From Thraustochytrium aureum (Eukaryota): a stretch of 64,000 nucleotides of DNA. Below the pieces are notes generated by a model, which was not told the DNA's origin, did no database searches, and saw nothing but the letters and a program-made list of their open reading frames with translations. Made by a program: the position numbers and the translations under genes. The stretch is taken from assembly GCA_012862495.1 (NCBI GenBank), contig BLSG01000105.1, forward strand, positions 113,826 through 177,825. Direction: 5' to 3'. How positions within the stretch are numbered: the stretch's first letter is position 1; every line of letters begins with the position of its first letter. Of this stretch, positions 11,996 through 24,242 are shown piece after piece.

Positions 11996-12706
11996 CGTGC
12001 CAGGCAGGTCCCAGTTCGTCCGCCTGCCGCAGGGCTGTGTTGCCTCGTCGCCGCCTCGCCTGGTCGCTGCCTTGCCTCGGACGCGCCCGCCTGGACCGCC
12101 AGCCCGCCCTCTCCTCTACCCAAGTAGCTCGGGGGAGCCTGTCCTAGCAGGCAAGGGCGGGCGAGCGTGCGTGCGTGTGCAACGGGGTCTGCTCGCGCGC
12201 TGCTCGCGCTCCTGGCTCTCGTGGCCCGCGCGCTCGATGCTGCTCAATTGGACACTGGCACCAGATGCTCTCACAAAATGTCACAAACTTGATCAAGAGC
12301 AAGCAGGTGAACCCAGGACAGAGAGAGCACACACCGGGCAATCGAATCGCCAATCAAGCGCTCTGGGAGCGAGCGATGGGTGTGCAGATCAATACGCAGA
12401 AGCAACGCGGCAGCACGCGGTTCAATCAATCCACTGGCATCATCATCGCGGTGCAGCGCGTGGATCGACCGCGAAAAAAAATCCATCCACCCCCTGCCAC
12501 TGGCAAGGCCATCGGTGTCCTGACAAGATCAAGATCAAGATCAAGGTCAAGCAAGAGGTTGACGACTCATCATGACATGTCCTGCCTCGTGCCATGCATG
12601 GCACGCTCGCGTGGAGGACAGACTCGCTGGCTGGCAGACAGAACAGAACAGACAAACAGGCACAGATCGATTTATTTATTTTGGGCTCAGCCTGAGCGCG
12701 GGCTCA

Positions 12707-15700
12707 TCAGGCCATGTCCTTGTACTGCGGGTTGGTGGNNNNNNNNNNNNNNNNNNNNNNNNNNNNNNNNNNNNNNNNNNNNNNNNNNNNNNNNNNNNNN
12801 NNNNNNNNNNNNNNNNNNNNNNNNNNNNNNNNNNNNNNNNNNNNNNNNNNNNNNNNNNNNNNNNNNNNNNNNNNNNNNNNNNNNNNNNNNNNNNNNNNNN
12901 NNNNNNNNNNNNCGAAAAACGCCCCAGCGGCACCGCCCACCACGAGAATGCCCGCTACGACGCCGATGATCCAGAGCGAGGAGCCCTCCTCCTCATCTCC
13001 GGCGGGGAGCGGCACCTTGGCGCCAGCGACGGGCTTTTCACTGGCCAGCAACGTCAGGTCGATGAAGCGCTGGGTGGCGTCCGAGCAAACACGGCACGTG
13101 CCGGGGCATGCGTTGGCAACAATGGGCAGGTTGCAGCTCGACGCGACGTCGGCGCAAACGACAGCGCTGTCGTCCTCGTAGACAAGGCCGCTCGGGCTGG
13201 AGTCCTTGCAGACGTCGACTGCGCAGACTGCGCAAGTGCTCTTGCACCGGTTGCGCACAATTGGGCTGTACGAGCAAAACTGGGAGAGAGCAGCGCAGCT
13301 GAGCGGGGCGGCAGTTGCCTCGTCGAGAAGGCCCTCCTTGTTGACGCAGTTCGAGTCGCCGCCATCGCCGCCGTCGCCGCCGTCGCCGCCATCGCCGCCG
13401 TCGCCGCCGTCGCCGCCGTCAGCGGTGCAGGGGTTGCTTGCTTCCGAAATGCGGCACTCAATCGAAGCGTTGACGAATCCGGCCGTCGCAGTGGCGGTTG
13501 AGATGTACTCGCGCACGACCTCGTCAAGCACGGCCCCGGTGGCGAGGAGCGAGCGTCCTTCGGTGAGGACAAAGTAGGCGTCCCCACCACGAGTGAGAAA
13601 GTCGTTGGTCACAAGGCGGTACGTTTTGGAGTCGTCCTTGGGAATGAGTTCTCCATTGTAGTACGCCGCAGTGACACGAGCGGGCGTGCTGGCGCTGCCA
13701 ACAGACGTGCAGATGCTGCACTCGTCGCACGCGCCGCATCCAGGCGCCACGCTGGCATCAAATTCGACGCGGAAGCCCTTGCCAAACTGACCGAATTCAC
13801 CCTTGACGACGCCAAAGCGCGACGTGCCGTGCTCGAGCATGAGGTAAATCTGCAGACCGGTGAGCTCGAGCACTGAGAGAACGTTGCCGAAAGGAAGCAC
13901 GTTGAGAACCTCGCCCACGGTTACTTCACCTTGATCGAGCGAGGCGCGGATACCGCCGCTGTTCATGAGGCAAAGGTCGACGTTGCCGTTGATAGCCACG
14001 AACGCGGCATTGTTGTTAATTGATTCGAGCATGGCATCGCAGATCATGTTGCCAATCTCTGCCTCCCTGGTGCGCACCACCTCGCTGCGACCGTCCATGT
14101 TGATCGCATTCACTCCGATGGTCTTGCTCGAGAATTCGTTGATAGGGCCGAGCATCGAGAGAACGAGGGCCTTGGCTACCGGGTCTTCGCTAAACTTCAT
14201 CGCCTTGTTGGTTCGCGAGGCGTTCTTGTCCNNNNNNNNNNNNNNNNNNNNNNNNNNNNNNNNNNNNNNNNNNNNNNNNNNNNNNNNNNNNNNNNNNNNN
14301 NNNNNNNNNNNNNNNNNNNNNNNNNNNNNNNNNNNNNNNNNNNNNNNNNNNNNNNNNNNNNNNNNNNNNNNNNNNNNNNNNNNNNNNNNNNNNNNNNNNN
14401 NNNNNNNNNNNNNNNNNNNNNNNNNNNNNNNNNNNNNNNNNNNNNNNNNNNNNNNNNNNNNNNNNNNNNNNNNNNNNNNNNNNNNNNNNNNNNNNNNNNN
14501 NNNNNNNNNNNNNNNNNNNNNNNNNNNNNNNNNNNAGTGATGGTAGTCTTGGTGCCGTAAAAGTCGCCCGAAAGCTCGGGGCTGGGCCCCTGCTTTGCCT
14601 CGTCCCAGAGGAAAGAGTGAGTGTGGCCGCCGACCAGGAGGTCGACGTCGCCGCCGACGGCGGCGGCGATCTGTTGATCCGTCCCGTATCCCGAGTGACC
14701 CACAACGACAATGATGTTGATGCCCTGCTTCTTGAGCTCGGCAATCTCCGCGGTGATGGCAGCCGCCTCGGGCACAAAGTCGACGCAGGCAGGGGCAGAG
14801 GAGATCGACTTGGTCTCTGGAGTCGTGTATCCGACGACGCCGATGCGGCGGCCGTTGCTGAGGCGCAGGATCTTGGACTTTTTCGTCGTCTGGCCGAGCG
14901 CACCAGGGCTGCCTCCCTCGCAGGTATCGACAATGTTGGTCGAGACCATGTCAAAGTTGAGATCATTGGTGTAGTTGACGAGCGTCTCGTAGCCGTAGTC
15001 GAACTCGTGGTTGCCAAAGGTCCCCACGCAGGCGTCGAAGCCGGCGCCTCCTTCGCTGCGCGGGGCGCACAGCGCGTTGAGAAAGGTGGATGCCTCTTTC
15101 CCGCGGTAGTACGAAGACCACATGGTGCCCATGAACTCGTCGCCGTCCTCGACGAAGAGAACGGGGCCAGGGGCGTCGTCCACCATGGCCTTGGCCGCGC
15201 TGAAGATACGGGGCCAGCCGCCGTCGCAGAGGTCGGCGACCGTCTCCGCGTCAACTTTCTTGCAAGCAGACTCGCTCGCGGTGGTCCCTTCGACACGCGC
15301 ATGCATGTCGTTCATGTGGACGACGCGCAGCTGGCTCCGCCCCAGAGTCTGGTCTTCGTTGACGTTGCCCATCGTGGCGTTGGCGTCGCTCTGGAAGCCG
15401 GTGTCTGTGAGACTGATGCTGGAGCCAACCCGCGCGGTTGAGAGCTCCGTACCAACTGATTCAAAGTAGACCCCAGCAAACTTGCCGAGGGCAGCAGTGA
15501 AGGATGTGCCATCGTACGCCAGCGCATCAAGAACCGACTCGGTCGCCTCGTTGTAGAGGAGGATGCCATGAGCGTCGTTGAACAGTCCAGCAATCGGAAT
15601 GCCGTAAAACGTCGTGCTGTTGAACGTGTTGATGACGACGTTGGTGCCTGTGAGGCCGACGGAAGGCGTGGTCGTAGAGCTGGGCTTGAGGTTGTAGTAA

Positions 15701-15867
15701 ACCTTCAAGTCGGCAGTGAGACCAGCCTCGGCGCCAGTCAGGGCAATCTCAATGAATTCGCCCACATCCGCGCCCGCGTTGTCGTAGTGGAACTCGTTGA
15801 TCCAGGCGGCGCCCAGCGCGGATGAAACGAGCTGGGCAGCCCCGAGCGACCACAGGGCAGACTTCAT
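12707..15867 (-). CDS. Secreted, membrane-anchored 5'-nucleotidase/apyrase with extra N-terminal domain and Cys-rich C-terminal repeats (two gaps)
   Basis: Signal peptide MKSALWSLGAAQLVSSALG. Metallophosphoesterase motifs HMNDMHAR, DGDEFMGT, FGNHEFD, GHSG and GGHTH. 5'NT C-terminal domain NSGGIRA, LPFGN, NDFLTRGGDAY. TM segment LWIIGVVAGILVVGG. Confidence 0.9.
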
Positions 15868-17967
15868 TGTTTTTCGGACGTTGCGCGACCCTTTCTCTCG
15901 CGAGCTCTGGTACTTTGCTGGACCTGCTTGCGGGCTTGTGCGGAGCTGTTCGGGATCTGCTGTGGCGGGACTGGCGAGGCGTCGGAGCCTGCTCACCTTT
16001 TGACAGCGCACTGAGAGCGGCAGGGTAGCGGCGGTTTGCTTCACATGCCAATTGTGTGCTATGGAACGTTGGCTTGGCTTGGAGTGCAGGACAAGGCTGA
16101 GCGTCAGCAATTTGGACCGCGTCGTTCCTTAGTTAGGTGAGCGCTCAGTACCCGACTCGCTGTCGATGTTGGTGGCTGCCCCCACAGCGAGCAGAACAAC
16201 TTATTTTGGCGGGGCGGTGCCGCGTGCAAGGCCGCGAGCAGGCGAGCGAAATGATGAAGATTCTGAACGTCAGAGCAGGGCAGTCCCACACTGATTCGCT
16301 CGTCAGCCAAGGAGGATCCTGGTTGATTTCGAGATCCTCTTGGCATCCGAGTACCTCACGTTCCCTCCAGCAGCGGCGCAAACCTTGGTGCAAGCGCCGC
16401 TGCAGCACTGGCACCGGGCCCTTGAGAGCCTGAAAAATCGACTTCGGGCGCGAGATATACATGGCGTGCCAGCCCAGCCACGGTTGACCCAGGTTGATCT
16501 TTACACGTAGTTGGGAGAGCCCTCTTTGTCGCCCCCCGCCCTCCACCCGTCCAAAATGTACCCCTAGAGGCAAGACTTGGCAAGTGCCAACCAACGGCAA
16601 GCAAGCCCCCTTGCGCACGGCACTCTATACATGGAGAGAGCAGCCCCAAAAATACGTGCTGCGCGTGCAAACCACCAACCACAAAACGCCGTGTCCGAGT
16701 CCGTTCGGGGAGGGCGACGAATCTCTCCGTTGGCGCAGGCCAGCGCCCGTGCTGCGCCGCGAGCAGTCTGGAAGCCAGGACAAGCCCGGGTGCCATCGAT
16801 TGCACTTGACGATGATGCTGCGGCTGCATCTTCCTTCTTGCTGGTGGATGGATACTTTCCGTCCGCCCGACCTCCTCGGTGCGAGCNNNNNNNNNNNNNN
16901 NNNNNNNNNNNNNNNNNNNNNNNNNNNNNNNNNNNNNNNNNNNNNNNNNNNNNNNNNNNNNNNNNNNNNNNNNNNNNNNNNNNNNNNNNNNNNNNNNNNN
17001 NNNNNNNNNNNNNNNNNNNNNNNNNNNNNNNNNNNNNNNNNNNNNNNNNNNNNNNNNNNNNNNNNNNNNNNNNNNNNNNNNNNNNNNNNNNNNNNNNNNN
17101 NNNNNNNNNNNNNNNNNNNNNNNNNNNNNNNNNNNNNNNNNNNNNNNNNNNNNNNNNNNNNNNNNNNNNNNNNNNNNNNNNNNNNNNNNNNNNNNNNNNN
17201 GGCTTGCGGGCGGCGGGGGCTCTAGAGTGTACCTTACTCTACTCGGAGCAGAGGAGGCGTCGTGCCTGCCTTGCGCGAGATGGGCAGGCTTGTGAGGCGC
17301 TGGCGCATTGCTTGCCGCTCAAACTCGCTCCTTTGCTCCACCGGCTCCGAGGAGAGCCGCACGAGTTCGTTCGAGTTGGACGAAAGATGCGCAATTCACG
17401 ACAAGAAGAGCTGCTCCACCAGAGAGCCGCATCGCTGCGCCCTTGGAGAAACTACCTATGAAGCGAAACTAACCGCTGCAGTGCACGAGTTGGACGAAAG
17501 ACGCACGATTCACGACAAGCACGAGGAAGAGCTGTTTCAGACCAGCTCTCTCGGTTGTCGGCAAATGCCGGCTGCACTGCCGGCACACCACCCTACGCGC
17601 AAGGACAAGCCGCTCTTCTGCTCATCGAGAGTGGGGAGTTCGGCCAAGAGGTTGAGACGGTGCGGAGCAAGTCCTCCCTGTGCTTACCTACTGTACTCTA
17701 GTGCTCATTATGTGATCATGCTCACGCAGAGTACCTTTGCCTCACGGCAGCGCGTTCGTGTGGATGTGGAGCGAAGAGCGCTGGGCGTAGCGAAAACTGG
17801 AAACGGGCGCTGTTGTCGCGTCGCTCGTGCGGGGCGCATCCCGCCCGCCTCGCGCGATTCGCGGACTTCGGCGGCAAGGGCGTACCGGTAGTGACTCTCC
17901 ATGAGACCAAGTGCAACCAAGGGCGACTCGCCCAGCGAAAAAAAAACGAAGAAACGGAGGAGCGAAA

Positions 17968-18997
17968 TCATGCAGGGATAGAGTAAACCTGGATGTTGCC
18001 CTCGCCGCCAACCGAGGCGAGGCGCGATCCGTCACGGCTGAAAGCCACACCGTGAACCTGGTCGCTGTGCGAGCGCTCGAAAGTATGCACGCAAGAGCGC
18101 TCCGCGGCGTCCCAAAGCTTGACAGTGTTGTCGCTCGAGCCTGTGGCAACTAGCCTGTTGTCGGGGCGCGCAGCAACGGAAAGGACCCAGCTGAGATGGC
18201 CGCGCAAAGAGCCGGACTGCGAGCCCTTTTTGACGTCGTGAAGGCTCACGACGAGGTCGTCGCTCCCAGCGAACAGAGTCGACCCGTCAGGGGAAAAGCA
18301 GACCGAGCGCACAGGCATTGCGTGGCTCGTGAAGGCATGCACCACCTTGCCCGAGGCGATGTCAAAGAGACGCACCGTCCCGTCCTTTGACCCAGAAGCA
18401 ATTTTGGTCCCGTCCGGGCTGTAGGCGACCGAGAGAACAAAGGTACCCCCAGGGGACTCCAGGGTCGAGGTCAACTTGCTTGTCTCCAGGTTCCAGATGT
18501 TGACCGCGCCGGTGTGCGTCCCAGACGCAACCGCGTCGCCGGACGGCGCGCACGCTAGCGTCCAGCACTCGACGGGGCCCGCGTCGATCGTGGCCTTGAT
18601 GGAGCCGTCAACGAGGTCGAGCACGCGGAGCCGGCAGTCCATGCCGCTGGAGATCGCAACGGGCGCTGTTGAGCTGCAGACGACCGAGACGGCACCCATG
18701 TTGTGGTCTGGGAACACGTGCTTGAGCGACAGGCTCTCCTTGCCCTCGGCGCCTTCCTCGGCGCCGTCGCGCACCTCCCAGGAGCACACCGTCTCGTCGC
18801 AGCTCCCGGTAACCAGCAGATTATCCTGCCCATGCTTGGCCCAGTCCACCGTCCAAATCGAGTCCTTGTGCGCCCCGTCCTGCTTGTACAGTTTCGTAGC
18901 CTGCGCGCCGCCACATCCACGTCAGCCACGCCGCCGAGCCTGCGCCGCGCGCCGCACAGCGCGTCAATAGCGTCGCGACAGCCTGCCAACTCACCAT
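17968..18997 (-). CDS. WDR61: WD40-repeat protein 61 / Ski8; exon 1 is ATG only (18995-18997), intron 18901-18994, exon 2 17968-18900
   Basis: Spliced N-terminus MATKLYKQDGAHKDSIWTVDW. Motifs IDAGPVECWTL, HAMPVRSVCFSPD and GHLSWVLSVA are typical of WDR61. The intron reads GTGAGT...CTGAC...GCAG. Confidence 0.88.
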
Positions 18998-19790
18998 CGT
19001 CGCAGCCCGTCAACCGCCTTGGCGGCCGCGCCCGTAGACCCACAGAGACACACAGACACGCAAGCACAAAGACAGACACAGACACACAAAGACAGACAGA
19101 CAGACTGACTGACTGACTGACTGACAGGCAGCAGCCCCCGAGCCTGGCAGCGCCCTGGCACCCGCGCGAGCAGCGCTCCGCCAGCCACGACCGCAAGCAG
19201 CTCCTCCGACTGGGGTCTGCTGGAGCGAACAGAGTAGAGTACCCTCTTGCTCTTACACTCTCCTCACGTCGCGGGCGAGAGCCGCAGCGTTATCGGCGAA
19301 ATATCCTAACACAGTAGCCCCGATATCTTGTTATATTAATATTGTTCGCGAATATATTGGTTTACANNNNNNNNNNNNNNNNNNNNNNNNNNNNNNNNNN
19401 NNNNNNNNNNNNNNNNNNNNNNNNNNNNNNNNNNNNNNNNNNNNNNNNNNNNNNNNNNNNNNNNNNNNNNNNNNNNNNNNNNNNNNNNNNNNNNNNNNNN
19501 NNNNNNNNNNNNNNNNNNNNNNNNNNNNNNNNNNNNNNNNNNNNNNNNNNNNNNNNNNNNNNNNNNNNNNNNNNNNNNNNNNNNNNNNNNNNNNNNNNNN
19601 NNNNNNNNNNNNNNNNNNNNNNNNNNNNNNNNNNNNNNNNNNNNNNNNNNNNNNNNNNNNNNNNNNNNNNNNNNNNNNNNNNNNNNNNNNNNNNNNNNNN
19701 NNNNNNNNNNNNNNNNNNNNNNNNNNCGCATTCTGCGGGCTGCTCTGCTGCTCCACGTGGGTTGCCTGCCTTGGTGCATGGACTGCCGGC

Positions 19791-19906
19791 GCTCGTCGTG
19801 CCAGACCAGACCGTCTGTGAGCCTTGCCGCTCGTCGTGCCAGACCAGACCGTCTGTGAGCCTTGCCGCTCGTCGGGCCAGACCAGACCGTCTGTGAGCCT
19901 TGCCGC
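19791..19906. repeat. 38-bp tandem repeat x3
   Basis: gctcgtcgtgccagaccagaccgtctgtgagccttgcc occurs three times, with one substitution. Confidence 0.95.
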
Positions 19907-19989
19907 GCGGCCGCGCTCTGCCGTGTCGCGCTGGCGGCGGTGCAAGCCAGACTCGCAGCGCTTGCTCTTTCTCTCTTGACCGTGTCGCG

Positions 19990-22341
19990 ATGGCCGCGGC
20001 CGCGGCGATGTATGGCTCGCGGTCGTTCGTTGTGACCCTCGTGCACGCTGACGCCAAGCAGCCTGCGAGGAAACTGGCCAAGCAACGCCTCCTGGTGGTG
20101 CAAGAGAAGGAGCTCGTGATTGTAGCGCCTGTCGAACAGGTTGTGACATGCAGGCTGCCGCTGTCGGCCGTCGAAAGAGTGTCGAAGGTGGCAGGGTCGA
20201 GTCCGAGCGCAGCGAGGATAGATTTGAGCTTGCCACAGCGCGCGTTTCTGTCCGGGGCGGCCGTGTCCAGCAGATCAAGCGCCGGCAGGCGACTCGTGCA
20301 AGTAGTCGTCGTGCCGCGCTGCGCCGCCGACCTGGACGCCATGCTCCTGTGCCTTTTCACAAGCAGGCGCGCACGCAGGCTGCGCGCTCCGTTTGCGCCG
20401 CCCGGGTCTGAGGCTGCCGAGATCCTCGAGCGACTCCACGAGAGCGTGGCCGCTGCACAGTTTGAGGTGTTCCGCGCAAGCGAAATCGTGTGCTTCGACC
20501 CCGAGAGCTTCCTCGAGTCGCAGCGTGGCGTTTCCTCCACGAATCCCAGGCCGCAGCCCCGCTTTCACTTTGCCGAGAGCACTTTCGAAACCGCTGAGCG
20601 ACTGGTGTTGGGCCTCTCGTCCGAGCACCTCAGCCTTGCACGCGTGGCTCGGGGCGGGGGCCAGCAGAGCATCCAAGAGGGCGGCGGACTTTTGCTCCTG
20701 TTCAAAGTCCGGTATGCCGAGGTGGAGCGCGTGCACCTGGGTGAAGCCGACACTGTTGTGCTCCATCTTCGAGATGGCAGGGTGCTGGCGGCGCGCGGCG
20801 GGCCAACGCTTGACGCTGTTGGCCGTCGCGCTCGCGATTTTGGGCCGTGTGGCTTTGCAGGGCGCGCTGGACGCCGCAGCCGGCAGCGACGCATGGGGCG
20901 GCCCGCTTGGGTTTTATGACGACCTCGTAGCTANNNNNNNNNNNNNNNNNNNNNNNNNNNNNNNNNNNNNNNNNNNNNNNNNNNNNNNNNNNNNNNNNNN
21001 NNNNNNNNNNNNNNNNNNNNNNNNNNNNNNNNNNNNNNNNNNNNNNNNNNNNNNNNNNNNNNNNNNNNNNNNNNNNNNNNNNNNNNNNNNNNNNNNNNNN
21101 NNNNNNNNNNNNNNNNNNNNNNNNNNNNNNNNNNNNNNNNNNNNNNNNNNNNNNNNNNNNNNNNNNNNNNNNNNNNNNNNNNGGCTCGTGGCCCGCCAAC
21201 GTCGTTATCCCCTGTGCAGTCGGTGTCCCCTGCGAAGCCAACAGCACGAGCAGGTGTCTCCCCGCGGGGGTCGCCCAGGGCTGGACTTTTTCCAGCCAAG
21301 CCGAGGCGGCCTGAGCAAGCGGAGGACGTTCTTGAACGCGCTAGGCGGCTCCTCGAGCAGGTGCGCGTGGGGCATGAACGTGTGGGACAGCGCCGCAGCG
21401 CGCCCTCGACACGCTCGAGCAACGCGGTGCTGGCAGCGAGCAACGGCGTGCCGGAAGCGCTTCCCTCTACGGCCAAGGCAGCCCTGCCCTCGATGAAGGA
21501 GTTGGCCGCGGAGGCCGCGGAGGCCGCGGAGGCGGGTGGCGAGACCCGCATGGCTCGCGGCGGGGAAGCAGGGCCGCCCGAGCCTACTGAGGGCGCACTC
21601 GCGTCGCCAGTTCCGCGCGTCTCGGAAGCAAGAAGCAAGAGCCGGCCAAGTACAAAGGCGCCCGCGCTTCGCGACGCAGGTGCCAAACCAGGGCCCTCGG
21701 CCAACGGCGGCGGCCCTGTTGCGCTTATGCAGCCAGCGGTCAAACCCGCCGAGGCCAATCAAACTTTGCCAGCCGCAGCCCCTGTCAGCGCGGCCTCGCA
21801 TGATCCCGAGCTAGAGCCGGTCTCGGTCTCGGCAACCGCCGACCCGGGCTCTTCAGGCTCGCCTCCAGCGAGCGGCGAAGCGGCTGCGGGGAGCGAAACG
21901 CTGGCCAGCATGCCGCCCATCACCGCGAGCGACAAGGTCGTTCGCGAGCCGGAGATGGCGCGGATGATCCGGCGAATGTCTGTTGGTAGCGAGCCGCCCG
22001 CGGCCCTCGCGAAGGACTACCTGAACAAGGAGGCCATGCTCACCGAGCTCCGGTTGAGCCGAGGTTCGAGCCTCGGCGAGGCACTAGATCAACCCGACGA
22101 CGCGTGGCCGGGGGATGATGGGGCGGACGACCCAATCATCGTGGCCTCGTCGATGGGGGCTGCTCCACAGAGCGCGTCCAGCGTCCCGGACTGGGATCGC
22201 GTCGTCGCGGAAAGGACGCCGACCGAGCCGGGGTCCGCGCGAGAGGTGCGCGGCCGGCGGCGCTCCTCCCGCTCGAGTCGCAAGGTCGCATTTGACGGCG
22301 ATGGCAAGAAGCGCCGGCCCAGCACCTGCAAGCAGCAGTGA
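19990..22341 (+). CDS. Hypothetical protein with PH-like beta-rich N-terminal half, disordered C-terminal half and terminal CaaX-like motif (gap and probable frameshift)
   Basis: ORFs 19900-20919 and 21214-22341 lie on the same strand on either side of a gap. The protein ends in basic residues then CKQQ-stop. Joining the two halves is an inference. Confidence 0.5.
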
Positions 22342-22464
22342 GGCTGCAAGAGTAAAGTAGGAAACCTGTTCTGATATTTAGCTGTTCAGAATGGCGGCCT
22401 GCAGAAAGCCCTCCGCCATTTGCCCGATGCCACGCAGCGCGGCGCGTGCCCCAAGCCAGGCACG

Positions 22465-22992
22465 TCAACTGGCGAACAAAGCGCTGGCCAGGGCGCTCAT
22501 TCCGGCTTGTGTCCTGCAGGAGACGCGAAACGAGGCGACACCCCAAGCGTCGGCTTGTTTTTTCGCATTCTCCTCCGAGACACGCGTCGAGTCCTCGCAG
22601 TCCACTTTGTTGCCAATCAGGAACAGCTTTGCAGCTGGACTGGAGCGGAGGGCCTCGTTGCGCCAAAACACGCAGCGCTGCATCGACTCGATCGAGGTCA
22701 CGTCGTACACGACGAGGACGAGATCAGCGGCCTCCATGTTGAGCTGCACAATCGGCAGGTACCTCTGCGCCCCGCTGCAGCACCAAAACTCAAATCGGCA
22801 AGGGTCGCCAGCCGCGCCAAGCTCTTCATGGACGGTGACCTGCACGCCGAGCGTCTCCTTGTACTCGGTCTCCACCTCCCCGCCCGTCGCGCGTTGGACC
22901 AAGCTCGCCTTGCCCACAGCGCTGTCCCCGAGCACCACAACCTTGACTGTCCGGGTGTTCCCTCCGAGCTCGCTTGCTTCAGGCGCCAGCAT
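22465..22992 (-). CDS. Divergent Rab-like small GTPase
   Basis: KVVVLGDSAVGKA (G1), YKETLGV (G2), FWCCSGAQRY (altered G3), LIGNKVD (G4), VSCRT (G5). The start codon is uncertain. Confidence 0.8.
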   Translation of the reverse strand: MLAPEASELGGNTRTVKVVVLGDSAVGKASLVQRATGGEVETEYKETLGVQVTVHEELGAAGDPCRFEFWCCSGAQRYLPIVQLNMEAADLVLVVYDVTSIESMQRCVFWRNEALRSSPAAKLFLIGNKVDCEDSTRVSEENAKKQADAWGVASFRVSCRTQAGMSALASALFAS

Positions 22993-24242
22993 CGTGGCCT
23001 TGTGCCGTGCCCTGCGCCACTTGCTGCTGGGCATTTGTTTTTGGCCTGGGCTCGATGGGACTCGCTCGAAGAAAACGCAAAGGCGTGCGAGAGACGTTGC
23101 ACGCACGAACCTCGAGTTGTTCCAGCCTTGGCGCGTCGCCCGTGCAGAGCTGCGCGGAGCGACCGGGCTTTCAGCGAATTGATGGATGCGAGGCTTGGCG
23201 TCGCTGCCTCTTTCTTCGCTCATTGTCAAGGATAGCGAGCCGAAAAGCATGCGCAGGTGCGTGGTTTTCTTCTCTTTTCGTGAATGATGTTGGTGATGTG
23301 GAGGAGGAGGAGGTCCTGGCAACTTGAAGTCACGGCTGCACGAGGCACCGAAAAGGAACTCGATTACCGAGCGTTGGGTACCTTGGGCTATTCTACCGAA
23401 CAGTAGTTGTGGAGTAGCGGCGCGGGCGTCGTGTGCATGCATGTCGTCGGCTTGGATGGCTGCTCCTTGGCGCCCCAAATTCAGGGCCCCGCGGCCCGCC
23501 AGCTGCGCCCCACCAGCTGCGCCCCACGTGCACGAGCTGCACCGTTAGGCGGGCTGGCACGCTCGGTCCAGGTAGTAGCGTAGAGGGGCAAAGACGGAGG
23601 CGCCAGCACCAAGGTCGACAAGGCCCGAGACCCATCNNNNNNNNNNNNNNNNNNNNNNNNNNNNNNNNNNNNNNNNNNNNNNNNNNNNNNNNNNNNNNNN
23701 NNNNNNNNNNNNNNNNNNNNNNNNNNNNNNNNNNNNNNNNNNNNNNNNNNNNNNNNNNNNNNNNNNNNNNNNNNNNNNNNNNNNNNNNNNNNNNNNNNNN
23801 NNNNNNNNNNNNNNNNNNNNNNNNNNNNNNNNNNNNNNNNNNNNNNNNNNNNNNNNNNNNNNNNNNNNNNNNNNNNNNNNNNNNNNNNNNNNNNNNNNNN
23901 NNNNNNNNNNNNNNNNNNNNNNNNNNNNNNNNNNNNNNNNNNNNNNNNNNNNNNNNNNNNNNNNNNNNNNNNNNNNNNNNNNNNNNNNNNNNNNNNNNNN
24001 NNNNNNTACCGCGGCGCCCAGCCCGAGCGCGGCGGCGAGCGCGGCGTTCGCGCCCCAGCCTGGCTCAGCGCGCGGGACGGCCATGGCGTTCGTGGAGACG
24101 AGATAGCGCTTTGGCCCAGCAAGCAAGCAAGCAAGCGAGCGAGCAAGCAAGCGAGCGAGCGAGCAAGCGAGCGGCCTCGTGGGCCTACTACTCGACCCGC
24201 ACAAGGCCCAAGGGGAACGGGCAAAGCAAAAAGATCGATCGA

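Noticed and set aside
16100..17900. Short ORFs and a degenerate duplication (17372/17486) as a transposon relic
   Set aside because: No recognisable transposase, RT or integrase motif and no terminal repeats visible.
19791..19906. CRISPR-like array
   Set aside because: The 38-bp units are contiguous with no unique spacers, there are no cas genes and the context is eukaryotic.
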